From positions 1 through 37,157 of the forward strand of contig JBGATO010000035.1 in the NCBI GenBank assembly GCA_044229145.1: 37,157 nt of DNA, read 5' to 3'. Made by a program: the position numbers and the translations under genes. Below the pieces are notes generated by a model. It did not search any database and was not told the DNA's origin. It saw nothing but the letters and a program-made list of their open reading frames with translations. Positions 19,064 through 27,875 of the stretch are shown here, piece by piece. Positions within the stretch are counted from its first letter, which is position 1, and the number at the start of each line of letters is the position of its first letter. Source of the DNA: Candidatus Eiseniibacteriota bacterium. Lineage in GTDB: Bacteria > Eisenbacteria > RBG-16-71-46 > CAZEPH01.

Positions 19064-20116
19064 ATGGTCGTGATCATGGACACGCAGGCCACGCCGGAGC
19101 AGCTCGATGCGGTTACCGAGCACCTGCGCGCCCTCGGGATGACCGTGCACCCGTCGGTCGGCCGCAGCCGCACCGTGATCGGCGTGATCGGGGACACCGC
19201 GTCCGTCGACATTCACGACATCAGCGCCCTGCCGGGCGTCTACGAAGTCATCCGCGTCTCCGAACCGTTCAAGCTCGCCACCCGCAAGTTCAAAGAGGAA
19301 GACACCGTCGTGCGGGTGGGGGACGTCGTCATCGGCGGCCCCGAGGTCGTGATCATGGCCGGGCCGTGCTCAGTCGAGAGCGAGCACCAGGCGCAAATCA
19401 TCGCCGAAGCCGTCGCGGCCACCGGATGCCGCGTGCTGCGCGGCGGCGCGTACAAGCCGCGCACGTCCCCCTATGCCTTCCAGGGTCTGGGCGAGGAAGG
19501 CCTCAAGATCTTGCGCCGCATCGCGGATCGCCTCGGCATGGTGGTGATCAGCGAGATCATGGACATCTCGCAGGTGCCCGCCGGCATGCGCTACGTCGAC
19601 ATCCTGCAGGTCGGCGCGCGCAACATGCAGAACTTCACGTTGCTCAAGGAACTCTCACGGTGCCGCAAGCCGGTGCTGCTCAAGCGCGGCATGTCGGCCA
19701 CCATCGACGAATGGCTGATGGCCGCCGAGTACATCATGAGCGGCGGCAACACCGAGGTGATCCTCTGTGAGCGCGGCATCCGCACTTTCGAGACGCGCAC
19801 CCGCAACACGCTCGACCTCGCGGCGGTGCCGGTGGTGAAGCAACTCTCGCACTTGCCGATCATCATCGACCCGAGTCATGCCACCGGGATCCGCAGCATG
19901 GTGACCCCGATGTCGAAGGCCGCGATCGCCGCCGGCGCCGACGGCGTGATCATCGAAGTACACCACGACCCCGAGCACGCGCTCTGCGATGGTGCGCAAT
20001 CGCTCCTGCCGAAACAGTTCCGCGAGTTGACCCAGCAGGTCGCTGCGGTGAGCGCGGCGATCGGGCGTCCGGTGCGTGTCCGCGACGACGGTCCCAAGGC
20101 GAACGGCGCGTCCTAG
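19064..20116 (+). CDS. aroF: DAHP synthase type I-beta with N-terminal ACT-like regulatory domain
   Basis: MAGPCSVES, RGGAYKPRTSPYAFQGLG, QVGARNMQNF, LLKRG, CERGIRTFE, DPSHATG; RBS GAGGGAG. Confidence 0.95.
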   Translation: MVVIMDTQATPEQLDAVTEHLRALGMTVHPSVGRSRTVIGVIGDTASVDIHDISALPGVYEVIRVSEPFKLATRKFKEEDTVVRVGDVVIGGPEVVIMAGPCSVESEHQAQIIAEAVAATGCRVLRGGAYKPRTSPYAFQGLGEEGLKILRRIADRLGMVVISEIMDISQVPAGMRYVDILQVGARNMQNFTLLKELSRCRKPVLLKRGMSATIDEWLMAAEYIMSGGNTEVILCERGIRTFETRTRNTLDLAAVPVVKQLSHLPIIIDPSHATGIRSMVTPMSKAAIAAGADGVIIEVHHDPEHALCDGAQSLLPKQFRELTQQVAAVSAAIGRPVRVRDDGPKANGAS

Positions 20117-20715
20117 GCCTTCGCCGCGACGCTCGGGTCGACGGCGACCAATCCCCTAAAGGCATTCGACGTGGCCATGAACATCAGCAAGCCGAACGAC
20201 TCGGCTTCCCGCGGGTACCCACGCACCCAAACGAGCGCGGCCACGGTGGAGTAGAGGGCCAAGCTGGCCAGTGTCCGCAGTTGCCGCGCGCGGAGCGAGT
20301 GGATGCCCTGCATGGCAAACCCGTCCCACACTCCGCCGAACAGAAACACGACCAGCCACGCCATCCGCAAGAACGGCCGATCGGCGGGGGCGGCTTCCCG
20401 GGTAATCAAGTGGCTCACGCCGACGCAAAACGCGAACACCGCGAGTCCCCCGGCGATGACCTTCCAGTTCACCCTCATCGGGGCGTAGCGCCGGTGTTCC
20501 TCCGGCGTGGCGTGGCGTCCGCGCCAAAGCAGTGGCAGGACGACCAGCACGAGGACCGCATAGGCAACCGGTATCCCAACGAGGCTCACCGCCGACTCCC
20601 GTCGCGCGAATGCAAACACGCTGCCCGCGGTGAAGACGGCGAAGCTGAGCGCAAAGGTTAGGCCGCGCGTCATGCCGGTCGCCACTTGTACCGGCCGTAT
20701 GTCCGGCTCCTGCAC
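20113..20715 (-). CDS. Hypothetical multi-pass membrane protein (200 aa)
   Basis: About six hydrophobic segments; RBS AAGGGAG 6 nt before GTG; fills the aroF-tRNA gap; its stop overlaps the aroF stop in CTAG. Confidence 0.7.
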   Translation of the reverse strand: MQEPDIRPVQVATGMTRGLTFALSFAVFTAGSVFAFARRESAVSLVGIPVAYAVLVLVVLPLLWRGRHATPEEHRRYAPMRVNWKVIAGGLAVFAFCVGVSHLITREAAPADRPFLRMAWLVVFLFGGVWDGFAMQGIHSLRARQLRTLASLALYSTVAALVWVRGYPREAESFGLLMFMATSNAFRGLVAVDPSVAAKA

Positions 20716-20728
20716 TACATCTCCCTTC

Positions 20729-20757
20729 TTGCGCCGGGCCCGCCGCCCCGCTATACT
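20729..20757 (+). promoter_or_regulatory. sigma70 promoter for tRNA-Val/thrS
   Basis: TTGCGC, 17 nt, TATACT, just upstream of the tRNA. Confidence 0.7.
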
Positions 20758-20774
20758 CCGCCGCTCACGCGGAT

Positions 20775-20851
20775 GGGCGATTAGCTCAGTTGGTTAGAGT
20801 ACCTGCTTGACATGCAGGGGGTCAGTGGTTCGAGTCCACTATCGCCCACCA
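20775..20851 (+). tRNA. tRNA-Val (GAC)
   Basis: GGGCGAT acceptor pairs with ATCGCCC, D-arm AGCTCAGTTGGTTAGAGT, anticodon arm CCTGC-TTGACAT-GCAGG, T-loop TTCGAGT, encoded CCA. Confidence 0.97.
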
Positions 20852-20906
20852 TCGCGCGACCTTTCGGGCCCTGTGCTCGCGTCGTCCAAACCAGAGCCCG
20901 TCGTCG

Positions 20907-20937
20907 AGAGCCCCGAGGGGATGACCCGCGGGGCTTT
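20907..20937 (+). terminator. Terminator/attenuator-like hairpin between tRNA-Val and thrS
   Basis: AGAGCCCCG-a-GGG-gatga-CCC-g-CGGGGCTTT. Confidence 0.45.
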
Positions 20938-21009
20938 GCTGTATGCACCGCCACGCCGTGCGGCCGCCGCCAGGAGGGCGCGGTCCATCACCGAAAGTGA
21001 GGCTGTCCC

Positions 21010-22818
21010 ATGCGTTCCGAACTCGACCACGACTCGCCGCTCTACCGCATGCGCCACTCGCTGGCGCACATCTTGGCGCAGGCTGTGATGGAGTACCGGC
21101 CGGGGACGCAGCTCGGTTTCGGTCCGCCAACCGAGAGCGGATTCTACTACGATTTCCTCCTGCCGGAACCTATCACGCAGGAAGACTTGCCGGCGATCGA
21201 GAAGTTGATGCGCAAGATCATCGGCCAGAACCAGCCGTTCGAGTTCAGCGCCCGTCAGCCGCAGGAGGCGTACGCGTTCCTCGAAGGACTCGGCCAGACT
21301 CTCAAGCGCGAGTACGCGGAAGACCTCGTCGCCCAGCAGGGTGAGGCGGAGGTGACCTTCTACGCCAACGGCTCCTTCGTCGACATGTGCGAAGGGCCGC
21401 ACGTCGAGGCCACCGGCAAGATCCCGGCGAAGGCGTTCACGCTCGATGCGATCTCCGGCGCGTACTGGCGCGCCAAGGAGTCGAACCCGCAGATGACGCG
21501 CATCTACGGGCTCGCCTTCGAGAACGAGAAGGAACTCAAGGCGTATCTCGAACGCCGCAAGCTGGCGCTCGAGCGCGACCACCGCAAGCTCGGTCGCGAA
21601 CTCGGCATCTTCATGATCTCCGACGAGGTCGGCCCTGGCTTGCCGCTGTGGCTGCCCCACGGCGCCGTGCTGCGCGAGGAGATCGAGAAGTTCTCGAAGG
21701 AGATGGAGTTCCGCGGTGGCTACGTGCGCGTCAACACGCCGCACATCACCAAGGAGCAGCTGTTCTACACCAGCGGGCACCTGCCGTATTACAAGGACAC
21801 GATGTTCCCGCCGATGCAGCTCGAAGGGGAGTCGGCCTACTACCTCAAGCCGATGAACTGTCCGATGCACCACTTGATCTACGGGCACGAGCCGCGCAGC
21901 TACCGCGATCTGCCGCTCCGCATCGCCGAGTGGGCCACCGACTACCGCTACGAGATGTCGGGCGCACTCTCGGGACTCGTGCGCGTGCGCGGCATGCACA
22001 TGAACGACGCCCACATCTACTGCCGCGTCGATCAGCTCCACGACGAGTTCACCGCCGTCCTCGAACTGCACAAGCTGTTCTACGAGCACTTCCGTCTCGG
22101 CGACTTCTGGATGCGGTTGTCGCTGCACGACCCGGAGAACAAGACCAAGTACCTCGACAACCCCGAGGCGTGGGCGTTCACCGAGAAAATGCTGCGCGAC
22201 ATCCTCGACGCGTCCGGCCTGCCGTACACCGCGGTCATGGACGAAGCCGCGTTCTACGGCCCCAAGGTCGACTTCCAAATCCGCAACGTGATCGGTCGCG
22301 AGGAAACGGCGTCCACCGGACAGCTCGACTTCGGCGGGCCGCTGCGATTCGACCTCGAGTACGTCGACGAGCACGGACAAAAGCAGCGGCCGTACGTCAT
22401 TCACCGGGCGCCGCTCGGGACGCACGAGCGCTTCCTGTCATTCCTCATCGAGCACTTCGGCGGCGCGTTCCCGACGTGGATGGCACCGGTGCAGGTGCGG
22501 CTGGTGCCGGTGGCGGAGCCGTTCGTCGAGTACGCCCACAAGCTGGCCGCGGCACTGCGCGACGACCTCTTCCGTGCCGAGGTCGACGACAGCCACGACT
22601 CGTTCAACAAGCGCATCCGCACCGCCACCGTCCAGAAGATCCCAAACGTCTTCGTGATCGGCGGCAACGAGGCGGAGAGCGAGTCGGTGACCTGGCGCCG
22701 GTACGGCCACAAAGAGCAGGTCACACGGCCGTTTGCCGAGGCGCTCGCCGTCCTGCGGCAGATGCGGGTGGCCCGGCTCATGGACAACTTCACCGACGTC
22801 GAGCTTCCCACGGCCTAA
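21010..22818 (+). CDS. thrS: Threonine--tRNA ligase (no N-terminal TGS domain)
   Basis: [65 protein letters not shown], anticodon-binding domain. Confidence 0.97.
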   Translation: MRSELDHDSPLYRMRHSLAHILAQAVMEYRPGTQLGFGPPTESGFYYDFLLPEPITQEDLPAIEKLMRKIIGQNQPFEFSARQPQEAYAFLEGLGQTLKREYAEDLVAQQGEAEVTFYANGSFVDMCEGPHVEATGKIPAKAFTLDAISGAYWRAKESNPQMTRIYGLAFENEKELKAYLERRKLALERDHRKLGRELGIFMISDEVGPGLPLWLPHGAVLREEIEKFSKEMEFRGGYVRVNTPHITKEQLFYTSGHLPYYKDTMFPPMQLEGESAYYLKPMNCPMHHLIYGHEPRSYRDLPLRIAEWATDYRYEMSGALSGLVRVRGMHMNDAHIYCRVDQLHDEFTAVLELHKLFYEHFRLGDFWMRLSLHDPENKTKYLDNPEAWAFTEKMLRDILDASGLPYTAVMDEAAFYGPKVDFQIRNVIGREETASTGQLDFGGPLRFDLEYVDEHGQKQRPYVIHRAPLGTHERFLSFLIEHFGGAFPTWMAPVQVRLVPVAEPFVEYAHKLAAALRDDLFRAEVDDSHDSFNKRIRTATVQKIPNVFVIGGNEAESESVTWRRYGHKEQVTRPFAEALAVLRQMRVARLMDNFTDVELPTA

Positions 22819-23021
22819 GCGGGGGAGGCGGCGCGCCGGCCGGCGACAAATTCTTGTTGCCGGTCTGGCGCGAAGTCGATAACGTCCTTCGAGACTAGAG
22901 TTTCCACCGTCCGTGTGCGTGTCCGCGACGACGGCCTGATGGCGAACGGCAGGTCCCAGGCGACCTACATCTCCTTCTGCGCCCGATCGCCGCCCCGCTA
23001 TACTCCGCCGCTCACGCGGAT

Positions 23022-23110
23022 GGGCGATTGGTTTAGCATGCTGGTGGTTCGATGCAGAGTACCTGCTGACACGCAGGGGGTCAGTGGTTCGAGTCCACTA
23101 TCGCCCACCA
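23022..23110 (+). pseudogene. Corrupted copy of tRNA-Val(GAC)
   Basis: 3' half identical to the tRNA at 20775; D-arm scrambled and anticodon loop one nt short. Confidence 0.8.
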
Positions 23111-23273
23111 TCGCGCGACCTTTCGGGCCCTGTGCTCGCGTCATCCAAACCAGAACCCGTCGTCGAGAGCCCCGAGGGGATGACCGCGGGGCTTTGCTGT
23201 ATGCGCCGCCACGCCGCGTGCGGCCGCCGCCAGGAGGGCGCGCGGTCCATCACCGAAAGTGAGGCTGTCCCAC

Positions 23274-25070
23274 ATGCGTTCCGAACTCGACCACGACTCG
23301 CCGTTCTACCGCATGCGCCACTCGCTGGCGCACATCTTGGCGCAGGCTGTGATGGAGTACCGGCCGGGGAAGCTCGGTTTCGGTCCGCCAACCGAGAGCG
23401 GATTCTACTACGATTTCCTCCTGCCGGAACCTATCACGCAGGAAGACTTGCCGGCGATCGAGGTTGGGATGCGCAAGATCATCGGCCAGAACCAAGCGTT
23501 CGAGTTCAGCGCCCCGTCAGCCGCAGGAGGCGTACGCGTTCCTCGAAGGACTCGGCCAGACTCTCAAGCGCGAGTACGCGGAAGACCTCGTCGCCCAGCA
23601 GGGTGAGGCGGAGGTCACCTTCTGCGCCAACGGCTCCTTCGTCGACATGTGCGAAGGGCCCGCACGTCGAGGCCACCGGCAAGATCCCGGCGAAGGCGTT
23701 CACGCTCGATGTATCTCCGGCGCGTACTGGCGCGCCAAGGAGTCGAACCCGCAGATGACGCGCATCCTACAGGCTCGCCTTCGAGAACGAGAAGGAACTC
23801 AAGGCGTATCTCGAACGCCGCAAGCTGGCGCTCGAGCGCGACCACCTTCAAGCTCGGTCGCGAACTCGGCATCTTCATGATCTCCGACGAGGTCGGCCTG
23901 GCTTGCCGCTGTGGCTGCCCCACGGCGCCGTGCTGCGCGAGGAGATCGAGAAGTTCTCGGCGAGATGGAGTTCCGCGGTGGCTACGTGCGCGTCAACACG
24001 CCGCACATCACCAAGGAGCAACTGTTCACACCAGCGGGCACCTGCCGTATTACAAAGGACACGATGTTCCCGCCGATACGCTCGAAGGAGTCGGCCTACT
24101 ACCTCAAGCCGATGAACTGTCCGATGCACCCAGTGGATCTTCTACGGGCACGAGCCGCGCAGCTACCGCGATTCGCCGCTCCGCATCGCCGAGTGGGCCA
24201 CCGACTACCGCTACGAGATGTCGGTGCACTCGGACTCGCAGGCGTGCGCGGCATGCACATGAACGACGCCCACATCCTGCCGCGTCGATCACTTCCACGA
24301 CGAGTTCACCGCCGTCCTCGAACTGCACAAGCTGTTCTACGAGCACTTCCGTCTCGGCGACTTCGATGCGGTTGTCGCTGCACGACCCGGAGAACAAGAC
24401 CAAGCCTCGACAACCCCGGAGGCGTGGGCGTTCACCGAGAAAATGCTGCGCGACATCCTCGACGCGTCCGGCCTGCACCCGTACCGCGGTCATGGACGGC
24501 CGCGTTCTACGGCCCCAAAGCGACTTCCAAATCCGCAACGTGATCGGTCGCGAGGAAACGGCGTCGGACAAAGCTCGACTTCGGCGGGCCGCTGCGATTC
24601 GACCTCGAGTACGTCGACGAGCACGGACAAAGCGCGGCCGTACGTCATTCACCGGGCGCCGCTCGGGACGCACGAGCGCTTCCTGTCATTCCTCATCGAG
24701 CACTTCGGCGGCGCGTTCCCGACGTGGATGGCACCGGTGCAGGTGCGGCTGGTGCCGGTGGCGGCGAGCCGTTCGTCGAGTACGCCCACAAGCTGGCCGC
24801 GGCACTGCGCGACGACCTCTTCCGTGCCGAGGTCGACGACAGCCACGACTCGTTCAACAAGCGCATCCGCACCGCCACCGTCCAGAAGATCCCAAACGTC
24901 TTCGTGATCGGCGGCAACGAGGCGAGCGAGTCGGTGACCTGGCGCGCCGGTACGTAGGCCAAAGAGCAGGTCACACGGGCTTGCCGAGCAAGGCGCTCGC
25001 CGTCCTGCGGCAGATGCGGGTGGCCCGGCCTCATGGACAACTTCACCGACGTCGAGCTTCCACGGCCTGG
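23274..25070 (+). pseudogene. thrS: Multiply frameshifted thrS copy (probably sequence/assembly error rather than a true pseudogene)
   Basis: ThrRS peptide blocks identical to the 21010 gene are scattered over all three frames. Confidence 0.85.
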
Positions 25071-25316
25071 GCGGGGGAGGCGGCGCACCGGCCGGCGACA
25101 AGTTTTGCTGCTGGTCTGGCGCGAAGTCGATAACGTCCTCGAGATCAGAGTTTCCACCGTCGGTCAAACCGCGCGCGGCGCCTCTCCGGCACCGCGCGGT
25201 GCGTTCGACAGGCTTCGCTCTGGTACCTCGACGTCGGGTTCCAGGCCGTCCGTCCTGAACGGATGCGGCCGCATCCGCGTTGCGCCGCGCGACCCCTCAC
25301 GAGGAGGAACTTCCCA

Positions 25317-25940
25317 ATCGCAGTTGCAAAAGACATCCGGGTCAACGACCGCATTCGCGTTCCGCAGGTGCGGGTCATCGGTGGTGACGGCGAGCAGATT
25401 GGCATTCTGAACACGCGCGACGCGCTGCAGATGGCCCAGGAGAGGGGCCTCGACCTCGTCGAGGTATCCCCGACGTCCCGCCCGCCCGTCTGCCGCATCA
25501 TGGACTTCGGCAAGTACAAGTACGAGCAGAACAAGCGCGCGCAGAAGGCGAAGCAGAAGACCCATGTCATGCAGCAGAAGGAAGTCAAGCTCCGGCCGAA
25601 GATCGAGGAGCACGACTTCATGGTGAAGGTGAAGCACGCGCGCGAGTTCCTCGAAGGGCACGACCGCGTCAAGCTCACCTGCACCTTCCGGGGCCGCGAG
25701 TTGGCGCACTCGGAGATCGGGCTGCGCTTGCTGCAGCGTTTCGTCGAGACGCTCTCCGAGGTGGCGCAGGTGGAAACCACGCCGCGCATGGAAGGCCGCT
25801 CGATGATCGCCGTGCTCGTTCCGCGCTCGGGAAAGGCCACCGGCGGTGTCCAGCCGGCCGCCAAGCCGGCGGAGGGAGCCGCCCGTCCGGCGGCGCCGCA
25901 GCCGGCCGAGCCGCCGGCGCCCGCACAGCCCGCGTCGTAA
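25317..25940 (+). CDS. infC: Translation initiation factor IF-3 (ATC start)
   Basis: RVNDRIRVPQVRVI, LDLVEVSP, PPVCRIMDFGKYKYE, KEVKLRPKI, FRGRE; strong RBS GAGGAGG 9 nt before ATC. Confidence 0.95.
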   Translation: MAVAKDIRVNDRIRVPQVRVIGGDGEQIGILNTRDALQMAQERGLDLVEVSPTSRPPVCRIMDFGKYKYEQNKRAQKAKQKTHVMQQKEVKLRPKIEEHDFMVKVKHAREFLEGHDRVKLTCTFRGRELAHSEIGLRLLQRFVETLSEVAQVETTPRMEGRSMIAVLVPRSGKATGGVQPAAKPAEGAARPAAPQPAEPPAPAQPAS

Positions 25941-25998
25941 CCGGCACCGGGGCCCTGGCGGACCCCCGCGGGCAGCCGCAAATCCATGCATTTCCCGC

Positions 25999-26027
25999 TC
26001 GCCACGGTGGGGCATGCTGTGTATACT
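25999..26027 (+). promoter_or_regulatory. Possible internal sigma70 promoter for rpmI-rplT
   Basis: TCGCCA, 17 nt, TATACT in the infC-rpmI spacer. Confidence 0.4.
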
Positions 26028-26112
26028 GCTGCACTTCCGTGTCGACGATGATCCATCGGGCCGGGCCGCCGCACCGCGGCGCCGTTTGCCGGCCTCAGGA
26101 GATGAGAGAGTC

Positions 26113-26319
26113 ATGGCCGTCAAGAAGAACAAGAAGAAGACCAACCGCGCCGCGGCGAAGCGTTTCCGTCTCACCGGCAGCGGCAAGGTCCGTCGGGCGA
26201 AGGCGCACAAGCGCCACGGAACCGGCCCGATGGCGCGCAAGCGCAAGCGCCACCTGCGGGACAACACGCTGGTGTGCGGCGCCGAAGAGAAGCGCATCAG
26301 GAACCTGATCTCCGCGTAG
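26113..26319 (+). CDS. rpmI: 50S ribosomal protein L35
   Basis: KTNRAAAKRFRLTGSGKVRR...KRH...KRKRHLR; lies between infC and rplT. Confidence 0.95.
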   Translation: MAVKKNKKKTNRAAAKRFRLTGSGKVRRAKAHKRHGTGPMARKRKRHLRDNTLVCGAEEKRIRNLISA

Positions 26320-26384
26320 TTCGCGGCGGTTTGAGGTCGAGTCGAGATCGGGTGTCGTCACCCATCGTTGTGTGAGGAGTCGAA

Positions 26385-26741
26385 ATGCCGCGCGCAAAAA
26401 CCGTCGTACCGGGGCGTGCCCGCCGCCGCAAGGTGATGAATGCGGTCAAGGGCAACTTCGGCGGTCGCCGTAAGCTCTACCAGACCGCCCGGGAGACCCT
26501 GACCCGCAGCTTGCAGTTCGCCTACGAGCACCGCCGGACGAAGAAGCGGGAATTCCGCTCGCTCTGGATCGTGCGTATCAACGCCGCCGTCCGTCCGCTC
26601 GGGCTGTCCTACTCGACGTTCATCGCCGGTCTGAAGTCGGCGCAGGTGGAACTCGACCGCAAGACGCTGGCCGATCTCGCCGTGCGCGAGCCGGCGCACT
26701 TTGCGTCGCTGTGCGAGGTCGCCAAGGCGCACCTCGGGTAG
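26385..26741 (+). CDS. rplT: 50S ribosomal protein L20
   Basis: [53 protein letters not shown]. Confidence 0.97.
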   Translation: MPRAKTVVPGRARRRKVMNAVKGNFGGRRKLYQTARETLTRSLQFAYEHRRTKKREFRSLWIVRINAAVRPLGLSYSTFIAGLKSAQVELDRKTLADLAVREPAHFASLCEVAKAHLG

Positions 26742-26779
26742 ACGCCCGTCGCTCGTCCACGAACACGACGCAACGCACG

Positions 26780-26812
26780 AACGCCGGGCTTCGCCGCCCG
26801 GCGTTTTCGTTT
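26780..26812 (+). terminator. Intrinsic terminator after rplT
   Basis: AACGCCGGGC-ttcgcc-GCCCGGCGTT followed by TTCGTTT. Confidence 0.75.
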
Positions 26813-26848
26813 CGTCTCGCACTCACTGACACGAAGGGGTCTCGCATC

Positions 26849-27874
26849 GTGAGCGATCCGCGCGAGGAAATCGCCCAACTCTCGGCCGCCGGCCGGGCCG
26901 CACTCGCGGCCGCACCGGACGCGACGGCACTCGAGGAGGCGCGCGTCGAGTATCTCGGCCGCAAGTCGCGCCTCACCGAGCTGCGCCGCGCGATCGGCAC
27001 GCTCGAACCGGCGCTGCGCAAGGAAGTCGGCGCGTTGGCCAACACGCTCAACGCCGAACTCGAAGCCGCGTACGCGGCGCGTCTCGAGACGCTGCAGGCG
27101 AGCACCGCGCAGCGTCCCGCGCGTGACGTCACGCTGCCAGGCCGCCGCGGCTACGTCGGCTCGCGCCACGTCCTGCAGACGGTGCTCGACGAGGTGAGCG
27201 AGATCTTCCTCGGCATGGGCTTCACCATCACCGAAGGCCCGGAAGTCGAGGACGACTACCACAACTTCGAAGCGCTCAACCTGCCGGCCGGCCACCCGGC
27301 GCGCGACACGCAGGACACCTTCTATCTCGCGGGCAGCGACACCAAGGTGCTGCGCACGCAGACGTCGAGCGTGCAGATCCGCGTGATGGAGGCGTCCGAG
27401 CCGCCGATCCGGGTCATCTCGCCCGGCCGTGTCTATCGCAACGAAGTCGTCACGCCGACGCACTACCCCGAGTTCCACCAGGTCGAAGGACTCTACATCG
27501 ACAAGGGCGTGTCGATGGCCGACCTCAAGGGCTGCCTGCAAGCGTTCGTGCGCGAGTTCTTCGGGCCGGACCGCGCGCTGAGGCTGCGGCCCTCGTACTT
27601 CCCGTTCACCGAGCCGAGCGCCGAAGTCGACATGAGCTGCTTCACCTGTGGCGGCAGCGGCTGCGGTTTGTGCAAGGGAACGGGCTGGATCGAAATCCTG
27701 GGCTCCGGCATGGTGCATCCGGCAGTGCTGCGGCACGTCGGGTACGATCCCGCCGTGTGGAGCGGCTACGCGTTCGGCATCGGTGTCGAGCGTCTGGCCA
27801 TGTTGCGGCACGGCATTCCCGACGTGCGGCACTTCTACGACAACGACATTCGCATCCTCACCCAATTCGACTGA
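26849..27874 (+). CDS. pheS: Phenylalanine--tRNA ligase alpha subunit
   Basis: NFEALN...HPARDTQDTF, LRTQTS, PGRVYR, FHQVEG, RPSYFPFTEPSAE, GYAFGIGVERLAM; GTG start. Confidence 0.96.
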   Translation: MSDPREEIAQLSAAGRAALAAAPDATALEEARVEYLGRKSRLTELRRAIGTLEPALRKEVGALANTLNAELEAAYAARLETLQASTAQRPARDVTLPGRRGYVGSRHVLQTVLDEVSEIFLGMGFTITEGPEVEDDYHNFEALNLPAGHPARDTQDTFYLAGSDTKVLRTQTSSVQIRVMEASEPPIRVISPGRVYRNEVVTPTHYPEFHQVEGLYIDKGVSMADLKGCLQAFVREFFGPDRALRLRPSYFPFTEPSAEVDMSCFTCGGSGCGLCKGTGWIEILGSGMVHPAVLRHVGYDPAVWSGYAFGIGVERLAMLRHGIPDVRHFYDNDIRILTQFD

Positions 27875-27875
27875 T

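Larger units (their letters stand above)
22911..25160 (+). repeat. Degenerate tandem copy of ~20069-22910 (aroF 3' end, promoter, tRNA-Val, thrS) lacking ~20119-20714
   Basis: Near-identical sequence with dense 1-3 nt indels; both copies end in GAGTTTCCACCGTC. Confidence 0.93.

Noticed and set aside
20852..21009. T-box or thrS operator in the thrS leader
   Set aside because: Too short for a T-box, with no T-box consensus or recognisable anticodon-mimic loops
22911..25160. Duplicated tRNA as an att site of an integrated element, or second thrS as a resistance paralogue
   Set aside because: No integrase or cargo; the whole 2.2-kb segment is duplicated and copy 2 is not an intact gene
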